From Candidatus Woesebacteria bacterium (lineage in GTDB: Bacteria; Patescibacteriota; Microgenomatia; UBA1400; UBA1396), in assembly GCA_963749595.1 (NCBI GenBank), contig CAVVNJ010000002.1:96606-160605 (forward strand): DNA of 64,000 nucleotides, read 5' to 3'. Positions 37,131 to 45,583 of this stretch are shown here, piece by piece. The translations under genes and the position numbers were made by a program. The first letter of the stretch is position 1, and every line of letters starts with the position of its first letter. Below the pieces are notes generated by a model, which searched no databases, was not told the origin of the DNA, and saw nothing but the letters and a program-made list of their open reading frames with translations.

Positions 37131-37747
37131 ATGCTTCCTCTTTTGCTTAAAGAAACGACGGGCAATCGGTATACTTTATCCGGCCGGGAAATCAAAGCCT
37201 CGGTTGGTGGTCTGATCGAGGACGAGCGGGGACGCTTGTTACTGGTGCGCGCCGCTGATGGCTGGGGCCTACCAGCCGGCACTGGAGGGCGGGGAAATCT
37301 ATCGCCCAATCTTGGGTTTGGAACATGAAATGATCGAAGAAGTTCAAATCCGGATCGAGAATGCTGATTTATGGGCAGTTTTGGCCCAACTAACCAATAA
37401 AACACTGGCGTTAGGACTAATCTACCAGATTACCCGCTATCAAAAATTCGATTGGTTAATGCCCACCGCTCAATTTTTGGCCGAACTTGAGGACTCGGAG
37501 TATCGGAAAAGAATGAGCGCCTTGTTGAACGAAGACGTGCTGGAAAGCAGATTCTTTTTCTCCGGCAGAAGTTCAAGCCCTCGTTGCCGGAAAACAACTA
37601 AGGAAAGCCAAGTGGAACCGACCGGCGCTAGAGGGTTGGCTACAAAAACGCGATCGCTTCGTGGAAATAATACCTGGCAGTACTAACCATAAATTTCCAC
37701 GTTTCTTGCTAAATATTCTCGCTCAAGGACTTTTGAGGACGCAGTGA
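37131..37747 (+). CDS. NUDIX-like protein, two frameshifts (near 37280 and 37545)
   Basis: LVRAADGWGLPAG joins LEGGEIYRPILGLEHEMIEEVQI (Nudix-box-like) in another frame. The C-terminus (FSPAEVQALVAGKQLRKAKW...) lies in a third frame and ends with TGA overlapping the next GTG. Confidence 0.5.
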
Positions 37748-38358
37748 ACCACGCCGAAATCCAGCAGTTTCGCCACCGGCTCGTGCAGAGTGAGTTTCGA
37801 TCGGCTTTAAACCCAGGGGAAATCGCCTATTCTTTGGACACCGAGGTCGTAATGGTTCTTTCGGGACCAACCGCCGCAGAGAATCTGGCTCGGATTGCCA
37901 AAGGAATAGAGGTAACAAGAATCATCACGGCAAAAAGACTCGATCACCAGGGGCCGCGACTGGTTCTTAACGGCGAAACCGAACAACTTCCGGCGATGAT
38001 TGAGCTGGCCAAACAACTCAGTTTTCCAGAAAAATTAGTCTTTACTTTGGACTGCGGACCACTCGGAAATGGCAACACCAAAACCAATTTCACCGCTTTT
38101 CAACAAGATCCGCAGTACAGCCTGGTTCGGTCACTGATAGTTGTGACCAGCGATTATCACGTCCCGAGAGTACAACGCACCGCCCAAGCCAACCTGGCCC
38201 ACAGCATTCGCTTCCAAGTGGTTCCAACTTGCTATTCCCCCCAGAATCTTGATGTCTTCCGAACCATACGCGGAGAAATCAAGCGCATTGAAGCCTATTC
38301 GGCGCGGGGCGATATCGCCTATAATTTGCCTGATAGACCTAGCCCAAACGAACACTAA
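37744..38358 (+). CDS. DUF218/YdcF-family protein
   Basis: LIVVTSDYHVPRVQ motif in 204 aa. Confidence 0.72.
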   Translation: MNHAEIQQFRHRLVQSEFRSALNPGEIAYSLDTEVVMVLSGPTAAENLARIAKGIEVTRIITAKRLDHQGPRLVLNGETEQLPAMIELAKQLSFPEKLVFTLDCGPLGNGNTKTNFTAFQQDPQYSLVRSLIVVTSDYHVPRVQRTAQANLAHSIRFQVVPTCYSPQNLDVFRTIRGEIKRIEAYSARGDIAYNLPDRPSPNEH

Positions 38359-38375
38359 AGTATATACTTGCCCCA

Positions 38376-38777
38376 ATGGACCACTCTGAAGTGCTGCAAC
38401 CGATTATTGATTTTCTGGACCAGCTTTTGGAAATTGTCGGTCACGAAAGTCAGGAACGGGAACAGGCGGCAGCACTGATTCTCAGCATGATTTCGGAACT
38501 GGCGATCGCCACTTTGGTGGCCGCGTTGGCTGAGACTGACCGACCGGCTTTTTTAGACAAGCTGAAAAAAGTTGCCGCTCCGACCGAAATCTGGAAGTTG
38601 ATCACGGCGGAATTCTCCCCTGATGAGGTGCAGTCGGCTCTTACCTTTGCCAGTCAAGACACGCTGTCTTTTTACCTCCAACAGGTCACGCCTCATCTTT
38701 CTCCAGATCAGCTACAAAAACTCGACCAACTAATGCAAAGTACCAGAAACATACTAAAGGATTCACATGCGGCGTGA
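38376..38777 (+). CDS. hypothetical helical protein
   Basis: 133-aa ORF. TATACT lies 7 nt upstream of the ATG. Confidence 0.5.
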   Translation: MDHSEVLQPIIDFLDQLLEIVGHESQEREQAAALILSMISELAIATLVAALAETDRPAFLDKLKKVAAPTEIWKLITAEFSPDEVQSALTFASQDTLSFYLQQVTPHLSPDQLQKLDQLMQSTRNILKDSHAA

Positions 38778-39588
38778 AGCAGAACCGGAAGTTGAAGTTG
38801 CACCCCGAGGCAATCGGGTGGAGGGTCTCTTAAAAACCGTTGGGCGGGAAACCTTGGGCCGATTGCCCAAATACCAAATTCTGGGCGTGCTGCTCGGTTT
38901 AGGCTTGACCCATTCCGAAATTTTTGCCGGAAACGAGTGGGCAGCGGCATTTCTGGCTCCACTGGTGGTGTACACCATGGCCGCTTCCAAATTGGAAAAG
39001 TATTCGCCGACGGTCCACTTGCGGACAGCCGAGTTCGCTCTTCTGGGCGTCGTGGCCGCCTGGCCAGAAATGGGACTCAAGTTGGAACATGGTACCGTTG
39101 AGGCTTTAAAAATAGGACTGCCTTTTCTTAAGGACACCGCCGGAACCGTTTGGGGCGGGCTGGTCGATCTGGCCAAAGCCGCGATCAACGTGCCGAGTGA
39201 CGCCAAAGACGTTTACGACAATCTGAGCCCTCAGCAACAGGCTCTGATCATGGAAGCTGTAGAAAAAATTGGCCCACCGGCCGCGGTCGGCGGGGTGGCG
39301 GCATATATTCTCCGGCGCCTGCGTCGGCGGTCGGATGAAGAGGAATTTAACGGTGATGAAAAGCGTGCCGGAATTATTCGCCGGCTAGCCAGTCTGCCAG
39401 TTGACCTGCTCTTTGGCAGCGTCGGCGCGGCCGCTTATACCGGTGAAAAAGTCAAAGAAAAGGGTGGAGCGGGCATTGAATCCGCATTGATCGCCAGCTT
39501 GGCGGTAATTGAGTTTTTCCGCAGCATTCGTTCACCCATCGTTCTACAAAGTCCGGTTCGTCGGCGCGATAATGACGATGAGTATTAA
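38767..39588 (+). CDS. hypothetical membrane protein
   Basis: 273-aa ORF with several hydrophobic segments. It overlaps the upstream gene by 11 nt. Confidence 0.5.
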   Translation: MRREAEPEVEVAPRGNRVEGLLKTVGRETLGRLPKYQILGVLLGLGLTHSEIFAGNEWAAAFLAPLVVYTMAASKLEKYSPTVHLRTAEFALLGVVAAWPEMGLKLEHGTVEALKIGLPFLKDTAGTVWGGLVDLAKAAINVPSDAKDVYDNLSPQQQALIMEAVEKIGPPAAVGGVAAYILRRLRRRSDEEEFNGDEKRAGIIRRLASLPVDLLFGSVGAAAYTGEKVKEKGGAGIESALIASLAVIEFFRSIRSPIVLQSPVRRRDNDDEY

Positions 39589-40426
39589 TTCACGCTTGCG
39601 ATCGACCACCGAAAAATTAATCACTTGGCCCCTGGTTGGTGACTTTATACGCCTACTTTTGAAAGTGAAAGTGGCCAGTTTTTACTGGCGCGAACCCCTT
39701 AAGAATCTCTGGCCGTGGTTGGTTTCTTCTCATGAGATCACGAATCTGACTTACGACCTCACCGAACAGAGTCAACTTTACTTGGCCGTGACCATCGCAC
39801 AAATTACGGGTGTCAGAGTTGAGCAAATTCAAAAATATTTTCGTGAACTAACCACTGACTCGGCCTTGGAAAAACATCTCCAGCAAAAAATCTCTAAGAC
39901 TTCGTTGCACCACTGGGCCGATCTGGAAATTCATTACGGTCGACGGATTGGTTGGTACGCTTTTGTACGGGCCCTTAAGCCAAAAGTGGTGGTCGAAACC
40001 GGCGTTGACAAGGGTCTGGGCGCCTGCGTTCTGGCCAGCGCCCTACTACGCAACGCCAAGGAGGGCTTTCCGGGGCGCTATTTTGGCACCGACATCGATC
40101 CTCAGGCTGGATTATTATTTTCGGACCGCTATGCCGCCACCGGTGTCATTCTTTATGGTGACTCGGTCCAATCGTTGCGTAAATTTGATCAACCTATAGA
40201 TCTATTCATTAACGATAGCGACCACTCGGCCAATTATGAAGCCAAGGAATACGCCACAATTGCTAATAAGTTAAGTCCGAATGGGGTAATTCTTGGCGAC
40301 AATGCCCATGCCACGGATAAGCTTCTCCGCTTTTCCCTAAAACAATCGCGCCGATTCACCTTCTGGAAAGAACAACCCAAAGACCACTGGTACCCAGGCG
40401 CGGGAATCGGTATTTCTTACCCTTAG
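39572..40426 (+). CDS. class I SAM-dependent methyltransferase (Methyltransf_24/CmcI-like)
   Basis: VVETGVDKGLGA (motif I) and LFINDSDHS. The internal Met is chosen to limit overlap. Confidence 0.72.
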   Translation: MTMSINSRLRSTTEKLITWPLVGDFIRLLLKVKVASFYWREPLKNLWPWLVSSHEITNLTYDLTEQSQLYLAVTIAQITGVRVEQIQKYFRELTTDSALEKHLQQKISKTSLHHWADLEIHYGRRIGWYAFVRALKPKVVVETGVDKGLGACVLASALLRNAKEGFPGRYFGTDIDPQAGLLFSDRYAATGVILYGDSVQSLRKFDQPIDLFINDSDHSANYEAKEYATIANKLSPNGVILGDNAHATDKLLRFSLKQSRRFTFWKEQPKDHWYPGAGIGISYP

Positions 40427-40466
40427 GCTTTGGCTTACAATGATTCTATAGTAACGAAAGGATTTT

Positions 40467-41042
40467 ATGGCTGTTTCCTCCACTATGCTGGCGCTCGGCA
40501 CGAGTGCGCCGGATTTTTCTTTGCCCAACACTGACGGAAAAATGATGTCTCTGGCCAATTTTTCCACCGCCAAAGCACTACTGGTAGTGTTTACCGCCAA
40601 TCACTGCCCCTTCGCCCAGCACACTGCGCCGGGCATTATCGCCGTCGCTCAAGAATACCAATCGAGAGGTTTGCAAGTAATCGCAATCAGCGCCAGCGAT
40701 GTGGCCGCCTATCCGGACGATACGCCGGAAAAGATGAAACAACTGGCGCAAGAAAAAAACTATCCTTTCCCATATCTTTACGACCAGTCGCAACAAACCG
40801 CCCTGGCCTATACCGCGGCATGCACGCCGGATCTCTTTCTATTCGATCAGGAAAGAAAATTAGTTTACCGCGGCCGCTTTGACGGCAGCAGTCCGGGAAA
40901 TAACGTGCCCTTGACGGGGGATAGCTTACGCGCCGCTCTCGACCAATTATTATCCGGCCAACCGATTACGATTGAGCAGGTGCCCAGCATTGGCTGCAGC
41001 ATCAAATGGAAACCGGGCAACGAGCCGGCTTACATGAAGTAA
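40467..41042 (+). CDS. thioredoxin-fold (AhpC/TSA-like) protein
   Basis: LLVVFTANHCPFAQH resembles the CNHCPYV family, here retaining one Cys. 191 aa. Confidence 0.78.
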   Translation: MAVSSTMLALGTSAPDFSLPNTDGKMMSLANFSTAKALLVVFTANHCPFAQHTAPGIIAVAQEYQSRGLQVIAISASDVAAYPDDTPEKMKQLAQEKNYPFPYLYDQSQQTALAYTAACTPDLFLFDQERKLVYRGRFDGSSPGNNVPLTGDSLRAALDQLLSGQPITIEQVPSIGCSIKWKPGNEPAYMK

Positions 41043-41061
41043 GGAACTTAAAAAAAGAATT

Positions 41062-41090
41062 GGGCGGGACGGATCTGATCCGTCCCGCCC
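41062..41090. terminator. perfect 13-bp hairpin between convergent genes
   Basis: GGGCGGGACGGAT-ctg-ATCCGTCCCGCCC. The T-run is present on the minus-strand side (AATTCTTTTTTT) and absent on the plus side. Confidence 0.7.
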
Positions 41091-41100
41091 GCTTCGCTAA

Positions 41101-41295
41101 CTACTTTCCCCGCGCCCAAGCCAAAATACAGGCCGAGACGGCGAAGATTCCGGTGATGATGATTTTCAGCGGTTGTTCGCCGCTATCGACGAAACTCAAG
41201 ATCACCACGCCGACAATCAGGACCGTCAGCAAGACGGCATCACTATCGGTTGTTACCAGTACTTCGATACGACGAATAATTCGCCGGACAATCAT
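41101..41295 (-). CDS. small two-TM membrane protein, hypothetical
   Basis: 64-aa ORF with a GGAGG SD. A TTGATT-17-TATAAT promoter lies at 41382-41410 (minus strand), leaving an ~85-nt structured 5' UTR. Confidence 0.5.
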   Translation of the reverse strand: MIVRRIIRRIEVLVTTDSDAVLLTVLIVGVVILSFVDSGEQPLKIIITGIFAVSACILAWARGK

Positions 41296-41736
41296 GTGGA
41301 ACCTCCTGAAGTAGAAAAGCGATGTTCAAGTGCTACCCGCCCTCTGGCCCGAAAGCCGGGGCAAATAGCAAGTGAACAGGTATTATAGGACTAATATCTT
41401 GACAAATCAAGCACTGGACGATCGATCTAAACGTCGTTCGTCAGCAGACCGCGGCGCAAGTCGCGGTACCAGCAGACGCGTGAAGCAGTTTCTGCGGATA
41501 TAGTAAATAAATTTGTGGGAGATCACGGTCAACCTATCTTAGACATAGTAAAACCTCGAGCGAATTCGGATCAAACCTGGGTTGCTTTTGAGAATGGTGG
41601 TGTGGCAGAATTTCGCTAGAAAAGGAGAAGATTTTTTCCGAATCAACGCAACAGAGAATGCAACCACAAGTAAAATTACTGGTTACAGCCACCACAGGGC
41701 CTCGCCATCTAAATTATCTCCTTTTAAAATCACAAA

Positions 41737-42774
41737 TTAACGCAGCGGTGGGAATTTTTGACCCTTAAAGTCGAAATGACCTTGCTCAATATCCACCGCA
41801 AAACTCTTGCCGGGAATTGGTTGCTTGCCATAACCCCCGGGGGTATCGGTAACATAGGTCGGCTGGATTATTCCAGAATGATGATTGCGTAATTCGGTAA
41901 TAATCTGCCGACCCTCTTCCCAAGGAACCGAAAAGTGTTGCCCCCAATACACTGGATCGTTATCGAAGAGAAGATAACTTTTGATTCCAATTTTGGTCAG
42001 TTTCCGGTAAAGTTGGGCTAAAATCTCAGCGTTATTATTAACATCTTTCAACAACACGGTTTGGGAATAGATGTCGGCGCCATTTTTTCTTAATTGCCTG
42101 ATCACTTGGATTACTTCCTCGCTGATTTCGGCTGGATGGTTGGCATGGAGCATGATCTTGGGATTCTCTAACTGGGCGATCGCTTCATACAGCTCCGGCT
42201 TGAAGGCCCGGGGGTTATGAATAGGCAGGCGAGTGCCGATGCGCACCCAATCGATCTGGTCGTTCTTAATCAATTCATTGAGCTTTCCAATAATGTAGTG
42301 CAACATTTTTGGTGGCAGCGTCAGGGGATCCCCACCAGAAAGAATCACTTCCCGCACTGATTCGGTGTCACGAACATAATTCAACGCCTGATCGATTTGC
42401 TCTTTGGTTAAAGGACGCCTCAATCCCACGTCGCGCCCGCGAGTGCAAAAACGGCAATAAGTGGCACAGCGAAAAGTTGGCGTTAGTAACACCCGATCGG
42501 CATACTTATGGATCAGCCCAGGCAGCACTTCATGCTCCGCCTCGTTTAAAGGATCACTAGCAACACCTTGGTAACCGGCTCGCTCGAGTTCGGGTTGAGC
42601 GACAAACTGTAAGCGTAGCGCCTTGGCCCACTCCGGATTTTCCTGATCTAATCTCTCGATCCGTTCTCCCATATATTCAGAGAGAACCTCCGGTAAACCA
42701 CCATGCGGCGGCGCGACTTCCCGACCGCGAGATTTAATTGGTTGCTTAGCTAAACTTTCTTTTGACACAAGCAT
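41737..42774 (-). CDS. KamA-family radical SAM aminomutase (lysine 2,3-aminomutase/EpmB-like)
   Basis: CATYCRFCTRGR (CxxxCxxC) and KamA-type flanking sequence. The start is uncertain (ATG 42774 or GTG 42768). Confidence 0.82.
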   Translation of the reverse strand: MLVSKESLAKQPIKSRGREVAPPHGGLPEVLSEYMGERIERLDQENPEWAKALRLQFVAQPELERAGYQGVASDPLNEAEHEVLPGLIHKYADRVLLTPTFRCATYCRFCTRGRDVGLRRPLTKEQIDQALNYVRDTESVREVILSGGDPLTLPPKMLHYIIGKLNELIKNDQIDWVRIGTRLPIHNPRAFKPELYEAIAQLENPKIMLHANHPAEISEEVIQVIRQLRKNGADIYSQTVLLKDVNNNAEILAQLYRKLTKIGIKSYLLFDNDPVYWGQHFSVPWEEGRQIITELRNHHSGIIQPTYVTDTPGGYGKQPIPGKSFAVDIEQGHFDFKGQKFPPLR

Positions 42775-42830
42775 AGATTTTAGCACTAATCGGGTTGACA
42801 ATAAACGCTTTCTGTTATGATGGGGCCAGC

Positions 42831-43373
42831 ATGTTACACGACTTTCAATTCGAACCCACTCCCATACCCGGCTTGATCCTGATTCAGCCAAAAATTGCCG
42901 AGGATGAACGCGGCTTTTTCCTCGAGGATTATAATCGCCGGACCTTTGCCGAACAGGGTATTGACGTCGAGTTTATTCAGGATAATCACTCACACTCTTC
43001 CCGCGGAGTCTTGCGCGGCCTTCATTTTCAACGCGAGCCCATGGCCCAAGACAAATTGGTCCGTGTCGTCTCGGGCGAAGTTTATGACGTGGCAGCGGAT
43101 CTTCGCGTTGGTTCGCCCCATTACGGTCAGTGGTTTGGAACCCGCCTATCGGCCGAAAATAAACAAATGATGTTCGTTCCCCAGGGCTTTGCTCATGGCT
43201 TCCAGGTTCTGAGCCCGACGGTCGATTTTCTCTATAAAGTAAGCAATTATTATTCTCCGGCCCATGAAGCGGGAATCATTTGGAACGATCCGGATCTGGG
43301 CATTGATTGGCCAATTTCGGAATCGATTCTCTCCGCCAAAGATCAAGTTCTGCCGCGCCTAAAAGAACTTTAA
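42831..43373 (+). CDS. rfbC: dTDP-4-dehydrorhamnose 3,5-epimerase
   Basis: DERGFF...GVLRGLHFQ...KLVRVVSGEVYDVAADLR...FVPQGFAHGF. Confidence 0.92.
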   Translation: MLHDFQFEPTPIPGLILIQPKIAEDERGFFLEDYNRRTFAEQGIDVEFIQDNHSHSSRGVLRGLHFQREPMAQDKLVRVVSGEVYDVAADLRVGSPHYGQWFGTRLSAENKQMMFVPQGFAHGFQVLSPTVDFLYKVSNYYSPAHEAGIIWNDPDLGIDWPISESILSAKDQVLPRLKEL

Positions 43374-43387
43374 GCGAAAGGAGGGGG

Positions 43388-43717
43388 ATGAACACCATCC
43401 TGCAGTCCCGCAACATTGAGGTCGACGAGACGCTCGAGAAATTCATGAATCAACAGCTAGCTGAGCTGGACCGGCATCATTTTCGGTTGGACAAACTGAC
43501 GGTCGTTTTGGAGCGGGTTGAGAAGAAGAAAAATGATTCGTTTGCTAACCAGGTCACGCTGATCGCCGACTGGCCAGGGGAGAACGTCGTGGTGGAACGG
43601 CACGCCGAGGACCTGAAAGTGGCGTTCGTGGACGCCGTGGAACGGCTGGACCAGGCCTTGCTCAAAGCCAAGGAAAAACGCCGCGATGAAGAGCGTCGGT
43701 CGGAAAATCCCGCCTGA
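43388..43717 (+). CDS. hpf: ribosome hibernation factor (HPF/RaiA, short form)
   Basis: MNTILQSRNIEVDETLEKFMNQQL...DLKVAFVDAVERLDQAL. AAGGAGG lies upstream. Confidence 0.82.
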   Translation: MNTILQSRNIEVDETLEKFMNQQLAELDRHHFRLDKLTVVLERVEKKKNDSFANQVTLIADWPGENVVVERHAEDLKVAFVDAVERLDQALLKAKEKRRDEERRSENPA

Positions 43718-43771
43718 AGGTCAAACCTTCCAGAGGTGAGATTCCCAAAGGTCAGACCTTCCTGATAAAAT
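43716..43771 (+). promoter_or_regulatory. operator pair 1 (two 15-bp palindromes, 31-bp offset) overlapping a leaderless promoter
   Basis: GAAGGTCAAACCTTC is at 43716-43730 and AAAGGTCAGACCTTC at 43747-43761. TGaTAAAAT follows at 43763-43771, with ATG at 43778. Confidence 0.6.
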
Positions 43772-43777
43772 GCCGGA

Positions 43778-44401
43778 ATGGCAACTCGAATTTTAATTAT
43801 CCGCCACGGTGAAACCATCTGGAACGTTGAGCGGCGAATTCAAGGATCGCAAGACATCGCACTGACTGAACGCGGTCGGCAGCAAGCGCAATTGCTGGCT
43901 AAACGACTAAGCGCCGAATCCATCAAGGCGATCTATTCTTCACCGTTAGTGCGCGCTTGGGAGACGGCGGAAACTGTCGCTGCGCATCATACAGGGATCA
44001 ATCCGATCGCCCAACCAGAATTAGCCGAGTTTAGCTTCGGACCTCATGAGGGCAGAAAACTCGACCAAGTACTGGCCGAAGTTGATGAGGAAAAGTTGAA
44101 TTTTGACGACGACTACCGAATATCGATCGGAGCCGAACCAAAACAACCGTCAACTGCTTGGGCGCAGACGTTTTTTCCTAACATGGCCGATCGTCATTCC
44201 GAACAAACCATCTTACTTTCCACCCATGGCGCCAAAAAAAGACACCTGTTGGACGCGATTTTTCCAGATAAGACTGCCGAATTCTACGGTAGCCACCCAG
44301 AAAACTGCTCCCTAACCATTGTCCACTGGCATCCCCAAAACGGTCCCTCCCTGGAACTGCTCTATGATGCCTCACACCTGGAAGGTCAAACCTTCGGTTG
44401 A
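43778..44401 (+). CDS. histidine phosphatase family protein (phosphoglycerate-mutase-like)
   Basis: ILIIRHGETIWN catalytic motif in 207 aa. Confidence 0.85.
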   Translation: MATRILIIRHGETIWNVERRIQGSQDIALTERGRQQAQLLAKRLSAESIKAIYSSPLVRAWETAETVAAHHTGINPIAQPELAEFSFGPHEGRKLDQVLAEVDEEKLNFDDDYRISIGAEPKQPSTAWAQTFFPNMADRHSEQTILLSTHGAKKRHLLDAIFPDKTAEFYGSHPENCSLTIVHWHPQNGPSLELLYDASHLEGQTFG

Positions 44402-44443
44402 ATTTGCTCAAGAAGGTCAAACCTCAATCAGAACCTGTACAAT
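44381..44443 (+). promoter_or_regulatory. operator pair 2 (31-bp offset) plus -10 box of the downstream gene
   Basis: GAAGGTCAAACCTTC is at 44381-44395 and GAAGGTCAAACCTCA at 44412-44426. TACAAT follows at 44438-44443, then 7 nt to ATG 44451. Confidence 0.6.
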
Positions 44444-44450
44444 GGAACCC

Positions 44451-45564
44451 ATGGACGAACTTAATCCGCCCCGCCGCCTAAATTTTAAGCGCGTTGTCGT
44501 TTCGATCTTCGTTGGCGTTTTGATGTTTATCGTCGGCTTCGGTCTGCGCGCGCTAATGGAAACCTCGTCCCAAAGTTACCAGTTATTATCGCCACGCTCC
44601 GAGAAAGTCGAGCCGCCACCCAACCCTTATTCGGCGTACAGTTTAGCGGCATTACGAATTCGGCCCTGACACCTGGTCCGATCACCATTCTCGGCCCGCT
44701 GGGCGAACCGCAACCGACCTACCAGTCCTTCTTGGTCTCCTGGAACGTTCCCAACTTGGAAACTAAAAACTTGGATCGGGTGACCGGCCAATTAAATCTT
44801 CCCACCGGATCCGGTCCCTATCCGGTGATCGTCATGTTGCGCGGCTACGTGGATCGCGATGAATATCAGACTGGAGTCGGCACCAGAGAACGCCGCCGCC
44901 GAATTAGCCAAGTCCGGTTTCGTGACCATTGCTCCCGGATTTTTTGGGCTATGGCGGCAGTGATGCCGAGTCCAGCGACATTTTAATCTCCCGGTTTGCC
45001 AGACCAATCACAGTTTTGCAATTGTTGAAAAACCTTGGCCGACTCAATTGGAAATTAAACCCGCAACTAGCAGCGCCATTCAACCGCTCAACGCTCAACT
45101 GGTTAATCGCACCATTGACCCCACCCGAATCGGAATCTGGGCGCATAGCAATGGCGGCCAGATTGCCTTATCGGTTTTGGAAATCTACTAGCCGGGTTCT
45201 GCCCACGTCTCTCTGGGCTCCCGTCTCGCAACCCTTTCCTTACTCCGTGCTTTATTACAGCAATGAGCTGGCTGATGGCGGAAAATATTTACGCCAGCAA
45301 CTAGCCAATTTTGAGTTCAGCCTGAACAACGATCCAGTCGACTTTTCTGTCCTTAGTGAACCGGGACGGATCCTCGCACCGATTCAAGTTCATCAGGGCG
45401 GACAAGACGAGGCCGTACCGCTTTCCTGGTCGGAAACTTTAGTCGAGAAATTGCGTGACGCAACTGTGGCTGCCCAGCTGTATACTTACCCCTCGGCTGA
45501 TCACAATCTTCAGCCCGATTGGCAGACCGTGGTCCAGCGCGACCGACAGTTTTTCGCCAAATAG
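44451..45564 (+). pseudogene. membrane-anchored alpha/beta hydrolase (dienelactone hydrolase/S9-like), frame broken at least 4 times
   Basis: TM anchor, then YPVIVMLRGY, GFVTIAPDFLGYGGSD, the nucleophile elbow IWAHSNGGQIA and a C-terminal PSADHNL, spread over three frames. Shifts lie near 44660, 44885, 45130 and 45185. Confidence 0.7.
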
Positions 45565-45583
45565 CTGAAAAAGTAGGAGCCCC

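Noticed and set aside
41400-41736. SRP RNA, tmRNA or 6S RNA in the long intergenic region
   Set aside because: A GNRA hairpin flanked by CAGCAG superficially recalls SRP domain IV. However, the conserved GGAAGCAGCC/AGGUCAGG core, a tRNA-like acceptor/T-arm, and a 6S-like extended duplex are all absent by eye. The region is left as unassigned structured RNA.
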